A stretch of 64,000 nucleotides of DNA from contig MU055549.1 of the NCBI GenBank assembly GCA_013239625.1, positions 868,001 through 932,000 on the forward strand. Reading direction: 5' to 3'. The stretch is from Lama guanicoe (taxonomy: Eukaryota). The notes beneath the pieces are model-generated. The model had not been told where the DNA came from and searched no databases. It saw nothing but the letters and a program-made list of their open reading frames with translations. The translations under genes were made by a program, and so were the position numbers. Shown one piece after another: positions 12,401-22,612 of the stretch. Position 1 is the first letter of the stretch. Each line of letters starts with the position of its first letter.

Positions 12401-15400
12401 AGGGAGCCCTCCCCGCTCCTGCCCACCTCATACAGATGGATAACAGCGCAGACTGACCGGCACACCCCAGGGCGCGTGAGCTGGCCACCCTGCCAACCCG
12501 GTGGAGATGAGGCAGCCCACCGCCCACCCCAGGCCACAGGCAGAGCTGAGGCGGCCCCCTTGCCGGCGTAACTGTGCTCAGAGGTGTGCCCCCATCACAG
12601 CCACCTCTTGTCTAAGTAGAGAAGGCCTCTCGTGGGGGCTCCGGCACCCTCTGCCCCACTCACAGAGAGACTGAGAAGTGCGACCACCCCAACCACACAG
12701 TCAACAGTTTGCCAAAAACCACTGTCGATGTGGCGCCTACTTGGTGGGATGCCTACTGTTGGGTGGGATGCAAACGGCAACCACAAGGAGACCCAGCCGC
12801 ACACCCACAATCCAAGGGGCAGCAGCACGTGCCGGCCGGCAGGGCGTTGTGCTGGAGCACACGGCCGGGGCGTGCGGGATGGAGCCGCTGCTCCAGAGAG
12901 CGGGCGGGCAGCGCCTGGAAAGCATAAACCTTCCCCGGCCACACGGCCAGCCCCCGCACCCCTGAGACGCAAGCACCACATCCACCCAGAGACTGCACGC
13001 CACCGTTCCACAGAGGCCCAGCCAGGAACCACCCCATGGCCACCTAATGGAACAGCGTCCAGCGCGAGAAGGGACACAAGGACCACAGGCTGACGCTGAG
13101 ACGTGAGACTGTGGGGAGGGCAGAACTGGAGCCACAAAGTAGGCCCAGGGGCTGGGGCTGAGCTCTGCCAAAGGCTGGGGAGGCCATGCGTAAAACCGAG
13201 GCGTGGTGGTGACTGCGCGACGGCAAATGTTTTCCGCTGCCCTGTACACTCACACCAGGTGAACTGTGTGCCTCCACCAAACTGTCACAAGTGCAGAGGA
13301 AGAGACAGGCTAAGCCCCAGCACCTGCAGACCTCCCCACCAACCCCTCGGCCCCGAGAGCTGCCCTGACGCTTGTCCCCAGGTGTCCGGGGGTGCCAGGT
13401 CAGCAGGGCACAAACTTATCCCAACTCAGTCCCCACCCCTGCTCTGACGGAGCGTTGGTGGCCCTGGACACGGTCAGAGTCCCAGAACCCAGAAGGCTTG
13501 CAGCTCCCCTGGTTCCCAACAGCCACGGCCCCTCAGCCCCGCCCAGTCGGGCAGAACCTAGAATCCCACTCCCGCCCTGCCAGTCAGAGGCCAGCACACC
13601 TGAGCGCAACCACACAGAACAAAAGCACAAAACGTGTGATTAGCTGAGGTGGGGAGAGAAGGAGGGATGGAGAAAGCAGCATGGAGCCGGGGACACTGAG
13701 CTGTGCCCGGGGGGAGAGGACATCCCGCCACCGGCGGCCGAGGGGACTCCTCGGGAAGAGCGGCTTAGGCCAAAGCACAGAGACAGGAAAGCACGTCCCC
13801 TCCGGGCACAGGAGGACCAGTGCAGCCTCAGGCGCACAACGGGGCGGGGCAGGGGCCACAGGTCCCCGACCCCAGGCAGGGGAGCGGCAGGAGTGGGAGG
13901 CTCCTCCCAGGCAGTGACGGGCAGCCCAGCAAGGCTGTCCCATCGGCCACAAACATGAGTCCGCTCTCAGGGACGGACCCGCCGGGCAGCCTGGGTGCTG
14001 CTCAGGCAGGGACACAGGTGAGGACGAGGCTGCTGTCCACGGAGGCCTCCCAGGGAAGGAGAGGACAGAGGCCCCGCAACTCAGGAGTCAGGTGCCGGGG
14101 GCACCAGCCAGCGCCAGAGCCTCATACCTGCCAGGGCATCCACTCCCTCCCTCACCTGCCACAGCCACTGTGCCACTGTCACCCCTCCCTCCCTGATGCA
14201 CCAAAGGGCCCTGTCATGATGGACGGCAGAGCTGATGGCAGCCGTGGCAACCCTTCTGCATGGCCCTGCACTGGGCACCAAAGGTGGAATTCCCCCCACA
14301 GAGACCCCGACTCAAGCTGCACCTTCTTCTTTCAAATCTCTTTTGGTTCCTAAAATAACTGCTAGTCATTCAGCAGCCCTGAGAGGTGGGGCAGAGAAGG
14401 AGGGCTGTCCTCAAACCAGGACAACAGCTGGACTCTGCCAAGGGGGAGACGGGCCCCTGATGTCCAGCACACAGTCCCAGACACAAACTCCGGTACTCAC
14501 GGGCCAGATGAGCCAGGAAGGCCTTGCGGACATGAAGGGTGCAGACACGGGGTGGAGATTCTGCGTGGCTCTGCAGTGCCCAGAGACCCCCAAGAAGAGT
14601 CCTCCCAGGTAGTTCAATTGAGGTCAGACCTCAGGCCCCTCTGCTCAGACAGGGAGGGAGGGCAGCCCCACTGACTCCCTTTGGTCAGAGTGAAGGACTG
14701 AGAAGTCAAGGGCCAAAGGTCACGGTGACCCACTGTGACCCCACAGCCGTTCTCCTGAGGATGGAGCTGACTTTTCGTTCACTCAAGGGAGAACCAAACT
14801 TCCTTGAGCCTGTCGTCAGCCCAGGAAACCCCCTCCTGTGTGCGGGCATCAAGACCAGCTGTGGGCGCAGCCGGTCCTCCCTGACCCGCTCCAGATCGTC
14901 ACATTCCCGCGCGGCCCAAACAGCTCCCGCGGGGTCTCACGTCACCGGTGCAGGGAGGCCGGCCACCCCACACCTCCCCAGAGCCACCCTCAGCCCCACT
15001 CCTCCTGCTCGCCGCTCCCCACAACTGAGCAGCCAGGCCCCCGCCGCCGCCCACGCAGCAGATCCGAGGGGACGCCCTGTCCCGGGACCACTTCTGTCTC
15101 CCGAAACGAACCTTGTAAACTCAAATTCTAAGCTTTAGAAAACTGCCAGTGCCCTCTAAACTCTCATCACCAGAGCCAGGCAGATGCAGGGACCAGGAAT
15201 AAAGAAGGGCCTGGAGGATGGCGGGAGGTCCAAGGTGCTTCCCCAGACCAACAAGGGATGGGGGCCCCACAGGCTCGGGGACGTGCAGGCGACCCCAACC
15301 TTGCCGACTCCAGAGTCACGTAACTCATCGCGTGATGCCACTGCGCGGTGACTGCTCTCATCACCTCACCGCAGCCAGCGGCCCTGGTGCTGCTCCGCCC

Positions 15401-16939
15401 TCGCACATCACTAAAATTACACCCAACAGCTCTCTCTGCAGTGTCTTCGCCAGGACGGCGTGTGTGAGCATCCAAGCTCCCCCACGAGCTCAGGGCCACG
15501 CTGGGAGGGGCCTGGCCCAGCACCAGCCCTACAGAGGAGCTCACGCTGGCACCTCTCAGGCTCAGACAGAGTCCCACGTGCCCCAAGTAACCACAGCAGC
15601 AACAGAAGGGAGACCTCGGGAGTCACCTGTGCTCATCTGGGGAACCTGCCACATTCTCTCTGAGGCCCCCCTCCCTGGGCCCTACGGTCACTCCCCCTAA
15701 GCTAGCTTAAGTGGGAAGGGCCCACACAGAAACACGGGGAGAGCAGGGAGTGTCCACAAACATGGCAACAGACAGGCGACCGTGACGCCACTGAGATCCT
15801 CCGCTGCCTTCCTGACTAGACTCCTGGACCCCATTCCTCCCAACAGGAGCTGTCGCCGCCCACCCCCAGGACAGACCCGGAGGCGGTCAACATTTAAGGA
15901 GCCATCACGCCCCAGTCCCTTAGCGAGTCCCGCCCTGCCCCCAGGCAGCGTCGTAAACGGCTCGTGTCAGCATCCTCCAGGGCTGTCCAGCAGGCCTCCC
16001 GGCAGTGTGCACATCACCGGATTCCAAACAGGCAAGATATTTGAGACTTTAAATCTAAGAAGTGCCTCCCCCACCAGTAACCCTACCCCTCCCTCAGCAC
16101 CTCCAGAGCCGATAAAAGGAGGAGACGCTGCAGATGAAAGTATGCCCTCGGCAGCCCGCCCAGGACAGGGAGAACGGCTGCCCGAGACCTAGGACGTCGG
16201 CAGGGGACCAGGGGCAAGAACCGCCTGCAAACTGGTTTCCAACCGCACAGAGCTTGTCAGGCTGCAGGACATGGACAGGGTGCAGGTGCGGCCTCCTAGC
16301 GGCTTCTTCAGGTTACCAGGCTGAGACCCTGTCTCCTTGGGCCCTACTGCCCTAGGGACAGGCCTGGTCCCAGTTCTGTAACTCCCCCATCAGAGAGGAC
16401 ATCTACAGAGTCCCAGACTCAGGCAAACAGACCAAATTCCCACAAAGTCCACTGAGATTGCAGCTTAGAGGCAGTAATGCCAGAAGAATGCAGAGACACC
16501 TCCGCCGTGGGCCATCCCGGTGGGACGAGGGGCCAGGAGTGCCTGGAGGGAGCCTGGGAAGAGGCCCAGCCGGTCAGCCCCACCCCTGCCCCAGTGCCCA
16601 GAGCCGGCTTGGGGGTTTGGGGGGCTGTCTGAACAGTAGAGACACCTACGCCTCTGAAATTTGGAAGCCCCAATGTCTTTGACAGAAACTGGTCGCTGCT
16701 TCATGGCCTGGCCTTATGCACGAGTTTCCCGAGTGATGGCAGAGTTAGAGGGCCGGTCCCCATGGTGCTGCTGGCTGGGCTCTGGGTCTGGGTCTCTCTC
16801 CGTCCTGCCTGCTGGGCATCCGCAGAGAGATGCTAGTTAAAACACCTGAGTCTGCAGAAACTACCCAGAAAGCCAGTGTGGCTGGAGATGGGTGGCCATG
16901 ACGGGAGGAGGTGAGAGCCAAACACACGTCTTTGCAGAA

Positions 16940-17505
16940 AGACAGAGAAGACCGAGCGAGAAAGGATGTGGAGAAATCAGTCCTCCCGCCCTGCTGGTGG
17001 AAATGCAGAATGGGGAAGCGGCTGGCAGTTCCTCAAAAGGTTAAACGCGAGTCACCAAAACCCAGAAGTCTTCACCCAGGGAACGTGCCCAGCAGGAGTC
17101 TCGGGAGTGAGTGTCCACCACAGCCCAAAGGTGCAGGCTGCCAAGCGGCCGCCAGCTGGTGAGGGGGGAGCAAGGCACAGCCCAGCCGCACAGCGGGACC
17201 GCGCCACGCCGACCGGAGTCGGGCGCTGACACATGCTGGGCTCTGAAGGCACGATGCACAAGGCCACGTGCATGACTCCATTCACGTGAAACATGCAGAA
17301 AAGGTAAACACACAGAGACAGGAAGTGGACTGGTGATGACCAGGGGCTGGGTCCAGGGGAGGTAGAGGGAACTGGCCAGGGTGGGGTGGCTGCTAAGGCC
17401 ACGGAGTTATTCTTTTTCAGGTACAAAAAAAAGTGCTAAAACTGACCGTGGAGATAGCTGAACAGCTCTGTGAACACACTAAAGGCCAGCAGATCGTACA
17501 CTTCA
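16940..17505 (+). mobile_element. Old L1 3' end (L1MB-like)
   Basis: aaggatgtggagaaat...gctggtggaaatgcagaatgg...ggcagttcctcaaaaggttaaac...tgactccattcacgtgaaa...ctctgtgaacacactaaa. Confidence 0.8.
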
Positions 17506-18088
17506 CGTGACGCCATCATCAAACAACATTCCTGGAAGAAGCAGAGGAATCCACGCTGTCAGAGCAAGTGAACAGGACTGGGATGGATGGACGGCCCAGC
17601 ACGAGGTCCCAGCGGACCTCACCTCGCCCTGAGCTGGAGTGGGTGGGGGTGGGGAGGAGAGGCAGGGACGGCCCCGCACGCAGCTCTGAGGTGGAGGAGA
17701 CAGAGGACACCCTGTGGTAGCTGGAGGGGACACAGGGTCAGGGAGCTTCCCAGGTGGGATGGGAACCAGGCCACCAGGGCACAACTGAGGGCGCCGAGGC
17801 CCCAGCCACCCCGCCCAGCCCAGGGGAGGGGCTTGGGGGCCACCGCACAGCGCTCTGCAATCCCCAGGTAGGGTGGAGAAAAAGGGAAACCAGCTCAAAA
17901 TTGACATGCAGCTCCGAATAAGCAACAGGACAGGGCCCTCCAGGCAGACACCCAAGAGCGAGCTGTGCTCTCAGAATCCTACCGCTTGGCTAAGTCTCCT
18001 TCCCAAGAAACAGCCTTACCATGTAAGGGTGGGACCGAGTTTTGAAACCACAGCCTGCAAGAATGCACCTTCTCAGTTCACTTCTAGC

Positions 18089-18114
18089 AAAAAAGAAAAG
18101 AAAAGAAAAGAAAA
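18089..18114. repeat. (AAAAG)n simple repeat
   Basis: aaaaaagaaaagaaaagaaaagaaaa. Confidence 0.85.
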
Positions 18115-20639
18115 CAACACACAAAGAACCAAAAGCTAGAAACCTCACTCATGGAAAATCCAGCCGTCTCAAGCAGAACAGTGAGCTGCCCGCCCAGCCA
18201 CTCCTTGCGGGCAAATGGGTGGCAACAGCTGGGCCCCGCGTGGGCACCACAGAACAGCCCGGGGCCCTCCAAGGCCAATCTGGAGACAGCACAGGCAGCC
18301 CCAGTCACACCGAGGCCCTGCCAGGGAGACGCTCCTCCCCGCAGGTTCAGGAGGGCCCCCAGCTAGGACAGGGGTCCTGCGGGTGAGGGTCCAGAGCCCT
18401 GGTCGGGGTTGGACAGGCCACACAGCTACGCCCTTGACAGTGTGCACAGTGGGTCACCTTCCACCCTCTCCGTCCGGGCGGGAGCCCTGTGTGACGTGTG
18501 ATGACGTCATCCTCTAACAGCTGCTGCCACTTTCTCAGCCCCTGCACCTGGCACGGTAAATACTGGTGTCACGAGCTACATGGCCGAGAACTCTTCGGGG
18601 TCCTCCATGACTCCTAAGAACGCAAGGGTAGAAGTTTGAGGACCAGTGTAAACAAGTCTTCTTCACCTTTGTGTGTGACATCACAGGGGGAGGAGCACCT
18701 GATGGGCCTCTGTGGGGACTAGAGCAGCCACGCCACCCTGGGACCCGACGGAGCCAGGTGTGCTGACAAGAACACAGCAGCCTGCCAGATAAGACGCCCT
18801 CTGGGTCGCAGGATGTTAGGGCCAAACCGTGGTCACAGTTCACATCCAGAGCTTCAGGGAGTCGCGCTGGACGGGGAGGAAGAGACAAGGGATGACCACA
18901 AAACTGCAAAAGCAAACACGCATCACCTGTCCCGTGTGCACGAGAGGGAACCGTGCCCTTCCCAGCAGGGCCCGTCTGCTTCCAAGTCAGAGCCCTCCTC
19001 CTCGGCCCATGCCCTCCAAGGAGAGGCCACCGGCGCCCACTGTGAGTCCTGGTCGCACAGCAGAGCTTGGCTTCCAGATGGAGAAGCCTGGCAAGAACGA
19101 GTCCCTCCCCAGGCCTGGCCACCATCTGAAGACAGTGTCTGTCAGCATGGGCACACGTCACACAGAGAGAGTCACTGAGCAGATCTTCCAAAACCTACAG
19201 TAAACCGAGGAGTTAAAATTTCCTTCACTCAAGAATTTGCTGTTTCCACCCACCAGGCTTCCAAGGGGACTGGTTAACGCCCACCCCTGCCTTTCCACAC
19301 CACTGAGGAAGGACGGCTCCTGCCCTCTGGACCCAGCTGCACACAGTCAGAAACCCAGGGGTTAGGACAGATACTGCAAAGATATCTTGCAGAATTAACC
19401 TGTGCACTGTTTATCAAAATAAATGTTCCTTCCCGATATAAACATGATGCAAAACCCCACACAGACTTTGAGAAAAATGAACATTCAGAGAGACCACGTT
19501 GCTAAACAAGAATGAATGAAGTTACCCATTTTCACATCAACAAGTGTGCGTGTACAGTCGAAACACAACAAAAATGCTAGAACTAGGAATCAAAGATTAC
19601 TGGAAAGAATGTTTGCACAGCAAAATTCTTTTCCCTTTGAGACTGCAGTGCCCCACCATGCTTCATTCTCCTGACATTTCTGAGGCTTTGAAGCCACAAC
19701 TAACGGATCTGAATCATCTGAGTGAAACCATGTTCTAGTGGATGTTACTGGAAAGCCGAGAATAGAACGCTAAATATATAGACACACACCCATAGCGAGC
19801 ACTTTTGTAGAAAAGGATCAAACGCGAAACTAGATAGAGTTGTCCTGCCCGTGACAGTCAGAGGGCAAGCAGCTCATGTCCAGCAGGGAAGTGTAATACA
19901 TGGCGCCCGGAAGTCAAAATAAGAAAAACGCCAAAACAGCGCCTACCTTTCATTAATAAAATCACACCTTGCCTGTCCATGAACTGAGCCTACTGAAACT
20001 CTTACCCCAAGCTTGCTGCCAGCACCGGGAGGCTGGGCAGAAGCAGGGATGGAAGTGGCGTTTGCACCAGTGATCTGCACCCCGAAGCGGCCACCCCACT
20101 GCTGACCCAGGGAGGGCGGGGAGGGCAGTGCGAGGCCACCTCAGGCTCCATCTGGGCCATCACCCTTTTTTCTTAAACAAGCACGCCACTTGGAGACGCG
20201 TTCTGCTTTATTTGGGTTGGCAGTGTAAGTACCAACAGCGGGGTGGCACCGTGGCTGCAACGCCGAACTAGGTCAGCCTCGGCCTGCCTCGGGAGCGTAG
20301 GGAGCACCGGGCCTCGGCTGGCACTTCTCCCAAGGGCCTCGGGTGCCTGGGTGGGAGGCCCCAGAAGGTGAAGGCCTTGGACTGTCAGCATCCTTTTTTC
20401 TGGCCTTGAAAAGCTTTCCGCATCTTTCTCTTTAATAAACAAGAAACGTAAAGTCCTCCAGGGCTTTCAACAGAAGCCCCTTGTTTGCAAACTAGAGAGA
20501 TACTAAGTTACAAGGTAAAATGAGGGCGCCTACACCTCAGAGCAGCCGCAGACTGCCAGGCAGGCAGCGAGGCAGGCGGACGAGCAGCGCCAGGGCCACT
20601 GAGGGTCGGGAGTGAGAGGCCACAAGTCAGAGATCCGGC

Positions 20640-21030
20640 TTTGGGAGACAAGGGCTGGGTTTTGGGGACCAGGGCTCAGGGCTGAGGTTCTGGGGTCGAG
20701 ATTTGGTACCAGGGTTGGGGCCAAGTTCAGGGTATGGGGTCCTCAGACTAGGGGTCTGGGGTCAGGATCTGGGGACCTTGGACAGGAATTAGGACCGGGG
20801 TTTAGGGACTCCGTAGGGTTCAACCCATGGAGTCTGAAGGCCGGGGCTGGGGGACCAGGATTCCAGGGCTCAGGGCCAGGGTTCAGGACTGGAGTCCTGG
20901 GTCCCGGGGTCCCGGGGTCCCAGGGCTCAGTGTCCAGGGTCCCAGGGCTCAGTGTCCTGGTCCAGGGTCCCAGGATCCGGGGCTCGGGTCCAGGGGCTCA
21001 GGGTCCGGGGTCTAGGGTCCCGGGGTCCAA
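20640..21030. repeat. Degenerate G-rich tandem array (GGGTCCCAGG/GGGCTCAGG-like units) at the start of intron 1
   Basis: Many ~7-8-bp GGGTCC/GGGCTC units, including a duplicated cagggctcagtgtcc; homogeneity increases towards the exon. Confidence 0.75.
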
Positions 21031-21042
21031 TGCCACACTTAC

Positions 21043-21117
21043 GTCGTCGAAGAGCGAGCCCACGTTGGCCGTGACCAGCAGCACAGCGGTGCCCGAGGCG
21101 GACGCCTTCCCCGCCAT
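21043..21117 (-). CDS. INPP5A: INPP5A coding exon 1 (25 codons, MAGKASASGTAVLLVTANVGSLFDD), inositol polyphosphate-5-phosphatase A; ends in phase 0
   Basis: The reverse complement reads gccgcgATGGCGGGGAAG...TTCGACGAC|GTAAGT. The peptide matches my recollection of the human INPP5A N-terminus (MAGKAAAPGTAVLLVTANVGSLFDD). It has a good Kozak context and a consensus donor, and lies in a CpG island. Confidence 0.96.
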
Positions 21118-21356
21118 CGCGGCCTGGGCCAGGGCGGCCGCTGGCTGGGAGCCGGCCGGCCGGGGTCTCCGAGGGCCGCGGCGTCAGCTGCGCCGGGGGG
21201 TGGCCCCGGGGCGCATCGCGGGCTCGGCGGGTCGGGCCGGGCCTGGCCGGGGTCCGGCCGCGCTCGCTCTCGCTGCTCCGCGGCCCCGCGCCCGTCGCTC
21301 TCCGCCCGCGCTCACCGCGGCCCGCGCGCAGCCATTAGGATCGCGGCCGCCGGAGC
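21118..21356 (-). other. INPP5A: INPP5A 5'UTR, visible part; the TSS probably lies in or near the N gap
   Basis: Very GC/CpG-rich sequence contiguous with the ATG and running up to the gap, with no obvious splice acceptor in between. Confidence 0.75.
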
Positions 21357-21553
21357 NNNNNNNNNNNNNNNNNNNNNNNNNNNNNNNNNNNNNNNNNNNN
21401 NNNNNNNNNNNNNNNNNNNNNNNNNNNNNNNNNNNNNNNNNNNNNNNNNNNNNNNNNNNNNNNNNNNNNNNNNNNNNNNNNNNNNNNNNNNNNNNNNNNN
21501 NNNNNNNNNNNNNNNNNNNNNNNNNNNNNNNNNNNNNNNNNNNNNNNNNNNNN
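21357..21553. other. Assembly gap (197 N)
   Basis: Run of N in the middle of the CpG island, typical of GC dropout. Confidence 0.99.
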
Positions 21554-22231
21554 ACACCGACTCCGCCCTCCGAACCCCTGTGACGTCACGGCCCTGCTCC
21601 TAAGGCGCGTCTTAAAGGGGCCGCGAGCTGCTCGAGGCTCCGACGGGGCGCGCCTCCTTGAGCCTCTGTGGTGGGAGCGCGTGATCCTGTGAGGACTGCG
21701 TTGGACCTGCAGAGGGTAAGGCCGCGAGGCCGAGCCGCCAGACCGGAGAGCGCTCCAGCCCACCCGCGCCAGGCGGTCTGCAGTAATGAAACGGCCACAC
21801 TGGTGGCGGTAGGCGTCCGGACTGTGCAGTGAAAGGTGACAAATAGCCGCCAACACTAACGCTGGCACTAGGTTCTATCCATCAGGTAGCGGCAGGTGGC
21901 GGTGACCCCGTGGCCGAGATCCTCTTGCCCACGCGCTCAGGCCACCTGTCCGCTGCCCTGGGGGGGGACAGTGTCCACGGAGAACGGGCCCTACCTGCGC
22001 TCTGGATCGCACAAGAGACGTGCGCGCTGCTCCCTTAGGGCAGGTGACAGGCACCGCCTACCAGGGCGGTGCGGGCAGGCGCAGGCTCCGCGGGCTGCGG
22101 GCCCTGCAGGGAAAGAAGGCATCACTTCCGCCTGGTGACCCATCAGGACCCTGCCTGCAGCGACCCCTTAGCCTGACAACCAGACCCTGCTTCACTGAAA
22201 ACCACTGTCCTGTCATTCAGCAACTATCGGC

Positions 22232-22612
22232 TGTGGACTGAATGTGTCCCCCAAAATTCATGGGTTGAAGCCCAACACCACCCCTCCCCCCCACCCCCTG
22301 TGGCTGTATGTGGGGATGGGGCCTCTAAGGAAGTTAATGAAGGTTAAATGAGGTCATGAGGGTGGGGCCCTTTTCCAACAGCATTAGTGTCCTTATAAGG
22401 AGACACCCTGGGGCACCTGCTGTCCCCACAGCCTCCCACCCTGAACAGAAGACAAGGAAGAGGTCATGTGAACACACAGCAAGAAGGTGGCTGGCCGTCC
22501 ACAGACCAGGAAGAGAGCTCTCGCCCTAAGCAGAGCTGCACCCCTGGCTTCCGGCCTCCAGAGCTGCTGCTGAGGCTGCCGGCTCTGTGTATTCTGGTTC
22601 AGCAGCAGGAGC
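22232..22612 (+). mobile_element. MaLR solo LTR (MLT1A/B-like)
   Basis: tgtggactgaatgtgtcccccaaaattcat...aaggttaaatgaggtcatgagggtggggccc...gtgtccttataaggagac...ttccggcctccaga. Confidence 0.85.

Larger units (their letters stand above)
1..21042 (-). other. INPP5A: INPP5A intron 1, partial (continues beyond the window start)
   Basis: Starts at the GTAAGT donor (21042-21037). I found no sequence encoding the expected next peptide (PENLQKNWLREFYQ-like) in 1-21042. Confidence 0.85.
20990..22130. promoter_or_regulatory. CpG-island promoter of INPP5A
   Basis: Dense CpG and GC around exon 1. GC box CCGCCC at 21563-21568; full CRE in a 10-bp palindrome GTGACGTCAC at 21580-21589. Confidence 0.85.

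Noticed and set aside
20612-21583. 323-aa + strand ORF over the CpG island
   Set aside because: Built from the G-rich repeat, the antisense of exon 1 and translated Ns.
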